Of a stretch of DNA of 64,000 nucleotides, positions 23,418 through 34,190 are shown in pieces (position 1 is the first letter of the stretch; each line of letters starts with the position of its first letter). Location: the NCBI RefSeq assembly GCF_963921235.1, contig NC_086109.1, positions 8,682,001-8,746,000 of the forward strand, read 5' to 3'. The position numbers and the translations under genes were made by a program. Source of the DNA: Mobula hypostoma (Eukaryota). Below the pieces are notes generated by a model. The model worked only from the letters and a program-made list of their open reading frames with translations, was not told the origin of the DNA and ran no database searches.

Positions 23418-23640
23418 TCTTATGTTTTGTGTTTTCAAATCACAAAAATTAATTGAAAGAAAAATAAGAGAATCAGGAGATACTTCGTTTTTACTTTAAA
23501 CGAGGCGCGTATCATGTGGTAGCGTGATGATATGTGCAATTCACTTATTTTTACATATAACCCATCATGAATTAATTAAATGAACAAGAATGCTTTATCA
23601 AACAATATATTTAGAATATTACTGAAATATTCAACACACA
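23418..23640 (-). repeat. 5' LTR
   Basis: Diverged direct repeat of 20689-21140, adjacent to the PBS. Confidence 0.85.
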
Positions 23641-24262
23641 AAAGGAGAGAGAGCAGCGCGCCGCGCGCATGCAGCCCTCCAGTGAAAATGATATCGTATC
23701 CGTTAAATAGGGGCCGTGGACAATTCTGATTTGATGGAGACAGACGTGAAAGCACAGAGGAACACCTGGAGAAATTTCTGAAATGCCAGTTCGCTGCTGT
23801 TGTTACTGCGCAATCCGGAATCTTCCGGAGGGAAGGCCTCAAAATCCTCGGCTTTGCCTGCTGTTGGCAATCAAGATTGGGGTCGAATTGTTCGGATATA
23901 GATGGTGCTCGGTACTCAGTGTTGGAGAGCTGATCAGAGGCTCGAAGTTTTCGGATGACTCAGAGTCGGACTGTGGTCGGGCATGGCAGGGAGAGTTCGT
24001 CTTCCTTCTCCCATCTGCGTGAGATGTGGAACATTTGAGAGACTTTGAACTCTTTACTGTGCTCATGGACTTCTTCATCAAGTTATGGTATTGTTGCACT
24101 GTTGTAACTATATGTTATAATTATGTGGTTTTGTTAGTTTTTTCAGTCTTGGTCTGTCCTGTGTTTTGTGATATCACACCGGAGGAAATATTGTATAATT
24201 TCTTAATGCATGCATTGCTAACTGACAATAAAAGAGGACTGCGTGTCTTCATAATCTAAAAA
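23641..24262 (+). mobile_element. ~620-bp non-coding non-LTR-type element with (ATCTAA)n tail; second copy at 61707-62340 (minus)
   Basis: Copies are collinear (GAGGAACACCTGGAGAAA.TTCTGAAATGCC, AATAAAAGAGGACTG.GTGTC.TCATAATCTAA). Confidence 0.75.
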
Positions 24263-24761
24263 AATCCACAAACAATCTAACCCTTCCCTCCTACATTACC
24301 CATAATATGGGGGAGAATAAAAGTGGGATCAATGTAGAATTGGTGTAAATGGTCAGCATGGACCCGGAGGGCTGAATGGCCTTTTTCTCCGCTGTACTAC
24401 TGTAGGGCTCTGTGCTAACAGAACTCAACGAGCATAGGATTGGGATAAGGTGCACACTTAAGAAGGAGATTCGGAGATACATGTACTTCTTACTGTAATT
24501 CATAGGCTTTTTATGTATTGCCCTGTACTGCTGCCGCAAACTAACAAGTTTCATGACTTATGTTAGTGATAATTAATTCTGATTCTGATTAACAGCCTCT
24601 TGAATGGACCTCTTGTATAATAAGGGGGACTCTTGGCCTCACAATCTCCCTAGTTATGATTTTGCATTTTATCGTTTACCTGCCCTGCACTCGATCAGTA
24701 GCTTTTACAGTTATTGTGCATTTTTATTGTTTTACCTTGTTCAAGCTCAGTTATTCTGCTG

Positions 24762-25463
24762 CTGGGGTTCATGGGGTCCATGGATAGATTCCTGGGGGTC
24801 TGTGAACTTGGATGGGAAAAAAGTTTGCATCTTTATTTTCACCAACCTCTAACTGAAATTTAGCATTTCTTTCAATTATGAATGCAGGCAACAAACCGCA
24901 GTAGAATTAGCCGTACCTGTGACTTTGTCACCAATGGAAATCACAGATATTTTCAAATCACATTACAGTTGTTACAAATATCTCAAATTATCATTTACAG
25001 CAAAATATCATTTTTTGTTCTTATTCAAGCTAAGCAACAACAGCCTTCACACTCATGTGTCTTTAAAAATTAAAATTTAATTTTAAAGCCTATATTTAAA
25101 TGTATAGTGTTGTTATTTGATGTGTTAGTAAAGAAGTATTACTTGATCACAAATTGCATTTTTTAATATTTTGATAACTGTATTTCAATATAATTGGTTT
25201 CTTTTGTAATCCTTGGTATTTTATTTTACACATTTAAATACATTATTCTGAAAGGCGTCCATAGGCTTCACTGACTGGCAAAGGGATCCATAGGCTTCAC
25301 CGGATTGACAAAGGGTCCATAGTCTTCACCGGACTGGCAAAGGGGCCCATAGGCTTCACCGGACTGACAAAGGGATCCATAGCATAAGAAGATTGACAAA
25401 GGGGCCCATAGGCTTCACTGACTGACAAAGGGATCCATAGCATAAGAAGATTAGGAACCCCTG
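24762..25463. mobile_element. hAT-Charlie non-autonomous element resembling mammalian Charlie4a, with amplified subterminal repeat
   Basis: Ends CTGGGGTTC.../...GGAACCCCTG; body GTGAACTTGGATGGGAAAAAA...CTCTAACTGAAATTTAGCATTTC...GTGACTTTGTCACCAAT matches the recalled Charlie4a consensus. Confidence 0.7.
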
Positions 25464-26904
25464 TTGTAGCCCAATGCACTGTGTAGTGATTCGAACTGTA
25501 TAAACAGATTGCAAAATAAGCTTTTCTCTGTATCTCAGTACTTGTGACAATAATAAGCCAATTCTAATCCCAAACTTACTGTAAAGGATCAAGAGAGATT
25601 CCATTGCATGAAGAATCAGTAACTTGGTGTGGGCAGCTGTTCTAATGAAGGCCTTGACCCAAAATATCGACTGTCAGTTTCATCTTTTTAAATTTATTTG
25701 GTGATACAGCACTGAACACGGCTCAGCAGCCCACCTATTTAATCCTAGCCTAATCACAGGACAATTAACCTACTAACTGACAAGTCTTTGGATTGTGAGT
25801 GGAGCCCAGACCATCTAGACAAAACCATCGTACACGCAGCAAGAGCATACAAACTTCCTTGCAGAGGGCGCCGGAAATGAACTCTGAACTCTGATGCCCC
25901 GAGCTATAATAACGTTGTGCTAACCGCATCACTACCACGACGTCCCACGTGGAGCTGCCGGGATTGAACCCCACATCTCTTACATGCCAAGCATGCACAA
26001 CCTTGAGGTTCATCTGGTTGCAGGCAAGGCAAGAAACCCGAAAGAACCCAATTTTCAAAAAAGACCAACACCCAAAACGCAGAGGGGAAAGAAAAAGACA
26101 CAAATCGTGCACACAATAAAATCAAGTGGCAGCATTCCGATCCAGATTGAGTCCGTAGACCCAGAGCCCGGAGAAGCCAGTGTAGGCCCCTAGCCTCCGT
26201 CTCAATTCATCACACAGTGGGGCAAATCGCAACGAAGTCTGGGGCAACCAGAGCACAATCACAGCCTCAACGCCGTGGAGACTGAGCGGAATCAGCCTGA
26301 TCCTCACCTCTGGGCCCGACACTCGGCCTTTCCAGTCGATCTGTGCCGGCATTTAAATTGTCCGAACTCCAGGTCGCCACCCCTCCCCCCCCCCCCCAGC
26401 ACTAGGACCCAGGCCCTGCCGCAGCGACACCCTCTGGGCCTGGAACCCGCCGCCCAGCCCCTCCACAGGTACCGCCTGACTTGCTGAGTTCCTCCAGCGT
26501 TTTGTGCGTGTCACCTATCATTCAAGTACCCTTTATTTTCATTCTAATGCTCCACTTATGAGTGAGGTGAGTCCCCAGCACCACAAAGCAGACTGTGAAG
26601 GCAGTGCTGGGAAATGAATGAGCAGACACTGTGGGTGTTTATCGTCATTTGATATCACCAAGCACAACTGAAATAGCTCCATCCACGTGAGCTCACCCAC
26701 TGACAAAACACCCACATATCCCGTTCACCAGTGCTTTCTAATGACAACCCAGAGGTGGAAGCACTAGAAAACCGCAGTCTCACTTCAGTCACATCGATTG
26801 GAATTGACTGATGTCTCTGCTGAAAGCAAAAGTAAAAATCTCAGGGCTGAGAAAACAACAGAACATGGTGGAAATAGCCAAATGGCCAGCTGGTCAGGCA
26901 GCAT

Positions 26905-29612
26905 GCTGAGAGAGGGTGGGAGGGAGAGACAGAGAGAGAGACAGACAGAGAGAGAGAGAGAGAGAGGGGGGGGAGAGAGGGGTGGGGGAGAGAGAAGGTT
27001 AGGGGGAGACAGAGAGAACGGTAGGGGAGAGACAGAGAGAGGGGTGGGGGAGACAGAGAGAAGGTTATGGGGAGGAGAGAGAATGGTAGGGGAGAGACAG
27101 ATAGAGGGGTGGGGGAGACAGAGAGAAGGTTAAGGGGAGACAGAGAGAACGGTAGGGGAGAGACAGAGAGAGGGGTGGGGGAGACAGAGAGAAGGTTAAA
27201 GGGAGGAGAGAGAAAGAGATAGAGAGAGGGGGGAAGAAAAGAGAGAGAGGAAGTGGGGGGAAGGGACAGAGAGAGAGTTTGGGGAGAGAGAGAAAGAGAC
27301 AAGGAGAAATGCTGTGAAAGGAAGGGAGAGAATAAGAGTCAGAGGGAGGGAGAAAGGGAGAGAGTAAGAGAGCTTAAAAGGGAGAAGGGTGGGAGAGAGA
27401 GAGGGAAAGAGGGAGGGAGAAAGAGCAAATAGGAGAGAGTGAGAGAGACAAATGGTGAGGAGGAGGGAGAAAGACAGATGGTGGGAGAGAGAGTTGGGTG
27501 AGAGAGAAAGACGGAGGGATGGAGAGATGCAGTGAAAGGAAGAGAGGGGAGGGAGAGAAAGAGTGAGAGAGAGAGAAAGGGAGAGGGGATAGAGAAGGGA
27601 GAGAGAGAGAATGGGTGAGAGAGTGAGGGTGAGACAGAGAGGGTGGGAGAGAGAATTTGGATGAGACAGAAAGACAAAAAGAGAGAGAGAGATGGAGAGC
27701 AAGAATAGGCAGGACAAAGAGTGCTGGGAGAGAGGGGAAGAGAGAGAGGGAGAGAATGAGAGAGGAAGAGAGATGGCGAGAGAGGTGAGGGAGAGGGGGA
27801 AGAGAGAAAGAGAGAGGGAGACCGAGCTGGAGAGAAAGATAAGGAGAGTGAGAAAGTGTGTGGGAAAGAGGGAATGAGAGATAGATGAGGAGAGAGAGGG
27901 AGGAGAGTGAGGGGAGAGTGAGAGAGAGAAAGTGAAAGGTTGGGAGATAAAAGAGAAAAAGGAGGGGGGAGAGAGATGGAGAGAGAGGAGGGGGAGAAAG
28001 AAAAAGGGAGAGAGAGGAGAGTGAGTTTGGCACAGACAGCTGGGGAGTGAGATAGTGAAAAGAAGAGAGGGAGCGGGAGAGAGTTAGAGAGCCGGAGAGA
28101 GGGAGAGAGAGGGAGGGGGAAATGAAGAGAGTGAGGGAGAGAAACAGATATGACGAGCATGAGTGTAGGAAAGAGGGAAAGAGAGAATGAAAGAGGGATT
28201 GAGACAGAGGGAGTGAGAAAGAGAGAGGGGGAGAGAGAGAGATGGGGAGAGAGAGGGGGAGAGAGAAAGAGCAACAGGGAGGGCAGGAGATTCAGTGAGG
28301 GTGAGAGAGGGGAAATGAGAGAGCGAGAAAGAGAAGAGGAGAGAGAAAGTGCAGGGGTGAAAGAAAGAGAGGGGGGAGAATGCGAAAGAGAGGGAGCGTG
28401 GGGGAGAGGGAGAGTGAGGGTGAGGCAGAGAGGGAGGGAGTGAGAGTTAGGGAAGAGACAGAAAGGGAGAGAGATAAAGAGAGCATGAATGAGCAGGAGA
28501 AAGAGTGCTGGGAGAGAGAGGGGGAAGAGGAAGGAAGTGAGAGAGAGGAAGAGGGAGAGAGAGAGAAAGAGAGAAAAGCGACAGAAAGGGCTGGAGGGAG
28601 AGATAAAGAGAGAGGGGGAGAAAGTGAGGGTGTGAGGGAGAGGGGGAGAGGCAGAGAAGGACAGGGAGATAGAAAGGGGGTGGGAGACAAAGTTGGGGAA
28701 AAGAGAGAAAGAGAGAGAGGTAGGGGAATGAAGAGAGGGAGAGAGTCAGAGACAGAAAGAGGGTGAGTGACAGTGAGAGAGTGAGTGAGATAGAGAGTCG
28801 GGGAGAGAGAAAAAGAGAGGGGGAGAGAGAGAGAAAGCGAAGGTATAGAGAAAGAGAGAGAGGGAGATGGAGAGGGGAGGGAGAGAAATAGAGCGAGAAA
28901 AGCAGAAAAGGGGAGAGGTGAAAGGGAGGGAGAAAAAGAGAGGAAGAGAGAAATAGTGGGAGAGAGAGACAGAAAAGTGAAAGGTAGAGTGAGATGAAGA
29001 GATGGGGAAGGGAGAGAGGGAGATATGGAGAACGAGAAAGGTTGGTTAGAGAGTTGGGAGGAGGGGAAGGAGAGGAAGGGAGAGAAGGAGAGAGAAAGAG
29101 AGAGTGAGTGAGAAAGGGGGAACGAGAGAGAGGAAAGGCGGGAGAGAGGAAGGGAGCAGGAGATAGAGAGAGAAGGGTAGAAGGGAAGAGAGCGGAGAGG
29201 GAGGGAGAGAATGAAAGGAGAGTGGGACTAAGAGAGATGGAGAGAGAGGGGAGAGAGTGAGGGAGAGAAAGAGGGGAGATTGACGCAGTGAGAGGAAGAG
29301 GGGGATAGAGGGAGAGAAAGTGGATGAAAGTCACAGAGGGAGAGAGAAAGAGAGAGGGAGATAGGGAAGGGGAAGATAGATATGGAGAGCGAGAAAGGGC
29401 AGGAGAAAGAGTGGAGGAGAGAGAAGGGGAGAGAGAGAATGGAAGTGAGCGAGGGGGGAGAAAGAGAAAGAGGAGGGAGAGAGAGTGGGAGGGGGAGGGA
29501 GAGAGAGAGGGAGAGAAGCAGTGAAGTGGAGAGAGGGAAAGAGAGAGAGTAAGAGAGTCAGAGAGTGAGGGAGAGAGGCAGTGAGAGAGAGGATGAAGGG
29601 GAGAGAGAGCAG
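26905..29612 (+). repeat. 2.7-kb polypurine (GA-rich) low-complexity tract
   Basis: Plus strand almost entirely G/A; overlapping L/S/P- and E/R/G-rich ORFs are artefacts. Confidence 0.97.
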
Positions 29613-32301
29613 TATATCGGACTGATGACCTTTCACAGGATTACTCCCTTTGGCCCACAATGTCTGTGCTGATCCTGTTGGTAATTAGTTTGGGAAAGGT
29701 TAGGGACTGATTGGGTGTTTTGAGTAAAGTGGTTCACCCAATGTGTCTCCCTGCTATAGGTGAGACTACACTGTGAACGGGGTACGTACAAGAGTGGCTG
29801 GATCATCTGAGAAAAAGGAGGGAACAATTTCAGTGCTTACCTTGAAAGGTGTCATAAAAGTGAATAAATTAATTGTTAAATTTGTTTTATTATTGTCACA
29901 GATATCAGGATACAATGAACAACTCTTATTTTGCGTGCCATCCATCATTCCATACGTGGGCATACCGAGATCGTACAAAAGAAAAATAATCAGAACACGG
30001 AATGAAAATCCAGATTTGCAGATGCTGAAATCTGGAGTGACCCTGTCACAAGGAAGCAGGTTGACGGGTTTGGTAAGTGAGACTGAAGACACTGACTACG
30101 AATAAGCATGTTAACCATTTATTTACAAACAGCATACTTTCCCAATGGTTCTTCAGCACTAGTCACGGCCTGTGTGAAGATGGGCCCCTGGAGACAAAGG
30201 AAAGACAGCCAGTCTCTAGCACGTGCAGTTCTTATACCCCTGAGGTGCCTGAACGTGGGCAACGGTGCCGTGGCGCCCAAGGCAACTAGTGGGAAAGGGC
30301 TGCCGCGTCCTTCGTGCGGCATGGCGGAATCACCTTTTGACCGGACAAGTAAACTAATCCCTTCACATTACGTGCTGGAGGAACTCGGCAGGCTAGGCTT
30401 AATGCAGAATCTACTGTTACAAAGGAAGTGCAGTGCAGTGCAGACAATAAGGTGCAGGGGTCATGACAAATAGACTGAGAAATCAAGAGTTCATCTTTAT
30501 TGTATAAGAGGTCCATGCCAAATTGAACCAAACGGATCTGCCAGTACGTGATCCTTCTCCCTCCCTTTCCTGTGTGGTCATCTGCTTCAGCTAAATGTTT
30601 CTTGCATGTCAACTTGCACCATCACTCCCTTGGTAAAACCTTACCCCATACAACTCCTTTAACCTTTCCCCTCTCACCCTGGCCCACATCTGTGTCACTT
30701 ATGTAATAGAGGCCCTAGCAATGATCTCTGCTGAACACTGGTCGTGAACAGGATAACACCCGTAAACCACTAATCTTTGCCCTCCCACAGCCAAGCTAAT
30801 TTTGAATCCAATTCACCATGGACCCCATGCATCAGAGTTGGAAATCGTTGCCGTTAATATCGTTCTTAGGATGTAGAAAAAACAGAGAGGGGGGGAAAGA
30901 TAAAACAAACTTGGATTGTCAGAGGCCGAGGGGAGACCTGAGAGAAGGTTAACTTTATTTTTAATTCTTATTGAGATACAGCCTGGAATGGGCCCTTCTG
31001 GCCCTTCAAGTTACACCGCCCAGCAATTTCCGATTTAATCCTAGCCTAATCACAGGACGATTTACAATGACCAATGACAATGACTGGTATGTCCTTGGAC
31101 TGTGGGAGGAAACCAGAACACCCAGAGGAAACCCATGAGAGGAATGTACAAACTCCTTGGCGGGAATTGAACCCACGTCACCGGTACTGTAAAGCGTTGT
31201 GCTAACCGCTACACTACCACGCCGCCCCAAGTTTTGAAAATAGTGAGAGGCATAGATAGGGTAGACAGTCAGAGTCACTTTCCCAGGGTAGAAATGTTCA
31301 ATATCAGAGAACACCGCTTTAAGGTGGGGGTGGGAAGGGATGTGCGAGGCAAGTTTGATTACCCCGAGAGTGGTGGGCGCCTGGGGTGGTGGTGGAGGCA
31401 GATACAACAGGGGTGTTTAAGAAGCTTTCAGACAGACACATGAATATGCCAAGAATAGAGGGTTATGGACCACATACAGGCAGATGTTTGGTCTCATTTG
31501 GCATCACAGTCAGCACAGACATTGTGGGCCGAAGGGCCTGTTCCTGTGCTATGCTCTGTGAGAGAACAATGGAGCTCAGTCATGATTAAATATCAAATAG
31601 TGGTGTAAAAACCGAGCACGTGTATACCTACATCCGCAACATAGAGCCAGAAAACAGAACAGTACAGCACAGTATAGGTCCTTAGGCCACGACGTAGTTC
31701 AAAACTAATTGACTTTGTAATCAAATGGCCAACTAAACTAATCCTTCCTATCCACACAATGTCCATATCCTTCCACTCCCTACACATTCATGTGTCTATC
31801 TAAGTCCCTTGAACCCCTTTATCCTTCGGCCCAGGATCTATATAAGCCTACAGAACTCTCCAAAACTCTGAGGCACATATACCGTATATACAGTAACTAG
31901 TGTGTCCAAGACTTTTGCACAGTACTCTAGTAATTTTATGTGCTGCACTGTACTACTGCCACAAAGCAAAAGTAAATTTCGTGACATATATGAGTGATGA
32001 TAAACCTAATTCTGATATGGGTCTCTATTGTGGACTGAGATTGGGAAGGGGCAGGAAGATGGGAATCGTGGTTTGGAAAAGGTGAAGGGAAAGGGGAGGG
32101 AGCGGGAAGAACCAGGGAGACATTCTGTTTGGAATCAAATGACCTTGTCTGGTGTCTCAGGACTGGGTGTATCTGTACCCGGGCCCACCCCTACCTCGGC
32201 ACCCCTTCTCTGCCGCCCGTCTCACGTGCCTCCCGCAGCATTCCCAACATCCTCTGCTCCCACCAGATTTAAAAACTCGCCCTCTGCTCCATGTTGACAA
32301 A

Positions 32302-32568
32302 CACTACTACTACTATGTCGACTCAGGCCTAGGGGGTCAGCGTCGGGCACGATGACGGACTCTCCACTTCTCCCTCTCCCTCATCAGTGTGTTCAGTTCA
32401 TCTACATTAGCCGCGCCGCTGTCTTCTAGGAGCATGTTGACCGTAGTCTTGGGAGGGCGCCCAGGGTTCATCCTCCCGTGCTTGGGCTCCCATATGATGA
32501 CTAGGCTGGCAGGTAGCTCGGGGTGGCGTAGACAGTGCCCCGCTAGTTACAGTCTTCTCGCCTGGCAC
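32302..32568 (-). mobile_element. RTE/RTEX-type LINE 3' end with (TAG)n tail
   Basis: Minus translation LAGHCLRHPELPASLVIIWEPKHGRMNPGRPPKTTVNMLLEDSG...LMREREKWR; CpGs well preserved. Confidence 0.75.
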
Positions 32569-32642
32569 TAATTATTTTATATATATCTTAGTTTAACTTA
32601 TCGTAATTTATAATATAGTAAATTAACTTATAGTATATAGTA

Positions 32643-33556
32643 CAAGTTGAGTACCCATTATCCAAAATGCTTCAGGCTGGAAGTATTTCGGATTTAGGAA
32701 TATTTTGCATTTTGGAATATATAATGAGATAGCTTGGAATTGCCATCATCTCCGACTCTGAAATTATGTGCTACTAGTAAGCAGTCTTTGCCTTACACTT
32801 GTTCATCACACCTATGTAACTAACAGTAAAAATTATTCCATCCCATTAATATAATGAAATTGTAATGTGTGCCGGGTAACAAAACCAGCAGGGCAACATT
32901 GGGAGAATACCTGAACCAGCTGTTCAGTAACAACAAACAACGGCAGGATTTCAGTCTCCACTAACAATGCTGTGTTTTGATTACAAGGTTACAGGACCCT
33001 GTATTTATATTTTATTTTTTTGAGGTTTTATGTGAGGAATAAAAACAATCAGCATCGGTAGACTTGTTCTGGTGTTAGATTTTCATCAGAGACAATGTTG
33101 ACAAACTTATCAAGGAATTTCTCTGCTGCTTAGTGATCAGCAAACACTTCATCACCACAAATATTTTAAAAATTAATACCATACCTTTTTCTTATATTTC
33201 TGCAACCAACCTGTTGAATATTCACAATTACATTCAATTTTAATTTCACCATGATAAATCTTTGCTTGTTTCACAATCAGCATACCATCAAGCGGCATAT
33301 GTTCACTCCGACACTTACAAATCCAACTCTTTCAATACACGATCGAGATCTTCATTTTCATCATTAGCTGCTGTTCATTACCTATGTGAGGTCACTTCTC
33401 CAAACTGTCTGTGGTGCACAGAAACCTCTGCATCAGCTAGGAACCTTCCCAGTGCCTTGTGGAATTTTCTAGATGCAACATCATGTTAACACTCAAAAAT
33501 TTTGGATTTTGGAGGTACTTGGATTTTGGATTTTCAGGTAAGGGGTACTCATCCTG
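32643..33556 (-). mobile_element. Tigger/pogo deletion derivative (Tigger4/Zombi-like) with Jerky/CENP-B-type transposase remnant
   Basis: TA-flanked TIRs CAAGTTGAGTACCC / GGGGTACTCATCCTG; minus translation NEDLDRVLKE...SEHMPLDGMLIVKQAKIYH...YSTGWLQKYKK...DENLTPEQVY. Confidence 0.8.
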
Positions 33557-33602
33557 TACTATAACTTAAAGTATATTAACTTATAGCACAATAATTGACT
33601 TC

Positions 33603-34190
33603 ATTTCTCGTGCCCTCCATTGGTTAGGGTTGACCATCGATGCTGAGTCCTAGCTGTCTTTGTGATACGCAAGTCTGAGCAGTACAATATGGAGAGCAAC
33701 CTCCTGCTCATGTAGCAAGCAGCCCCCCCCCCACCCTTCACGGGGCTGATGAATCCAAAGGAGCGGCAGAAACCGATACAGTTTGGCCCCAGTGGCATCT
33801 CAGGAGTTGCCAGTCAGCGTTGAACTCAACATAGGATTGCCTTAGGGACTCCAGCTCTGGATTCTTTTTCCCCGGATTTACCCCCGAAACCTTCCCCATG
33901 AGTGGGTGTAGAAACAAGGCAGCAGAGGCCTGAGATCAGAGTTTTCCGTCTCCTAGACAAGCTGCCAACCACGGCTGACGAGCCCCATCTGCCCAAAGCG
34001 AAAGTGCCCAGAACACACCTTTGCCCTTTCTCTTGTCAGTAGAGACAGCTCTTCCAGGCTTGGTAACTGAGCCACACATGTCGACCAATTCCAAGAACAG
34101 AAGCTATTTGAGATGCACACCTTTGGGTGCATTTAATAGGTAGTGGGAACTTGTCCCCACTACCACCGTCAGCTGTGATACTAAGGAACC
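33603..34190 (-). mobile_element. RTE-type non-autonomous element (same family as 51705-52285)
   Basis: Shared GGGGACAAG.TCCCACTACCTATTAAATGC, CTACTGACA.GAGAA, GAGCTGGAGTCCCTAAGGC. Confidence 0.75.

Larger units (their letters stand above)
20689..23640 (-). mobile_element. Internally deleted Gypsy (Mag-like) LTR retrotransposon with two LTRs, carrying a captured RBM25 segment
   Basis: LTR copies 20689-21140 and 23418-23640; PBS TGGTGACGAGG (23406-23416, minus); PPT AAGCAGGGAGAAG (21141-21153, minus); gag, double Zn-knuckle and protease remnants; integrase-tail motif RHYPTRVSNPP. Confidence 0.9.

Noticed and set aside
26798..29660. L/S/P-rich and E/R/G-rich ORFs up to 311 aa
   Set aside because: Artefacts of the GA-rich tract, which lacks stops by composition.
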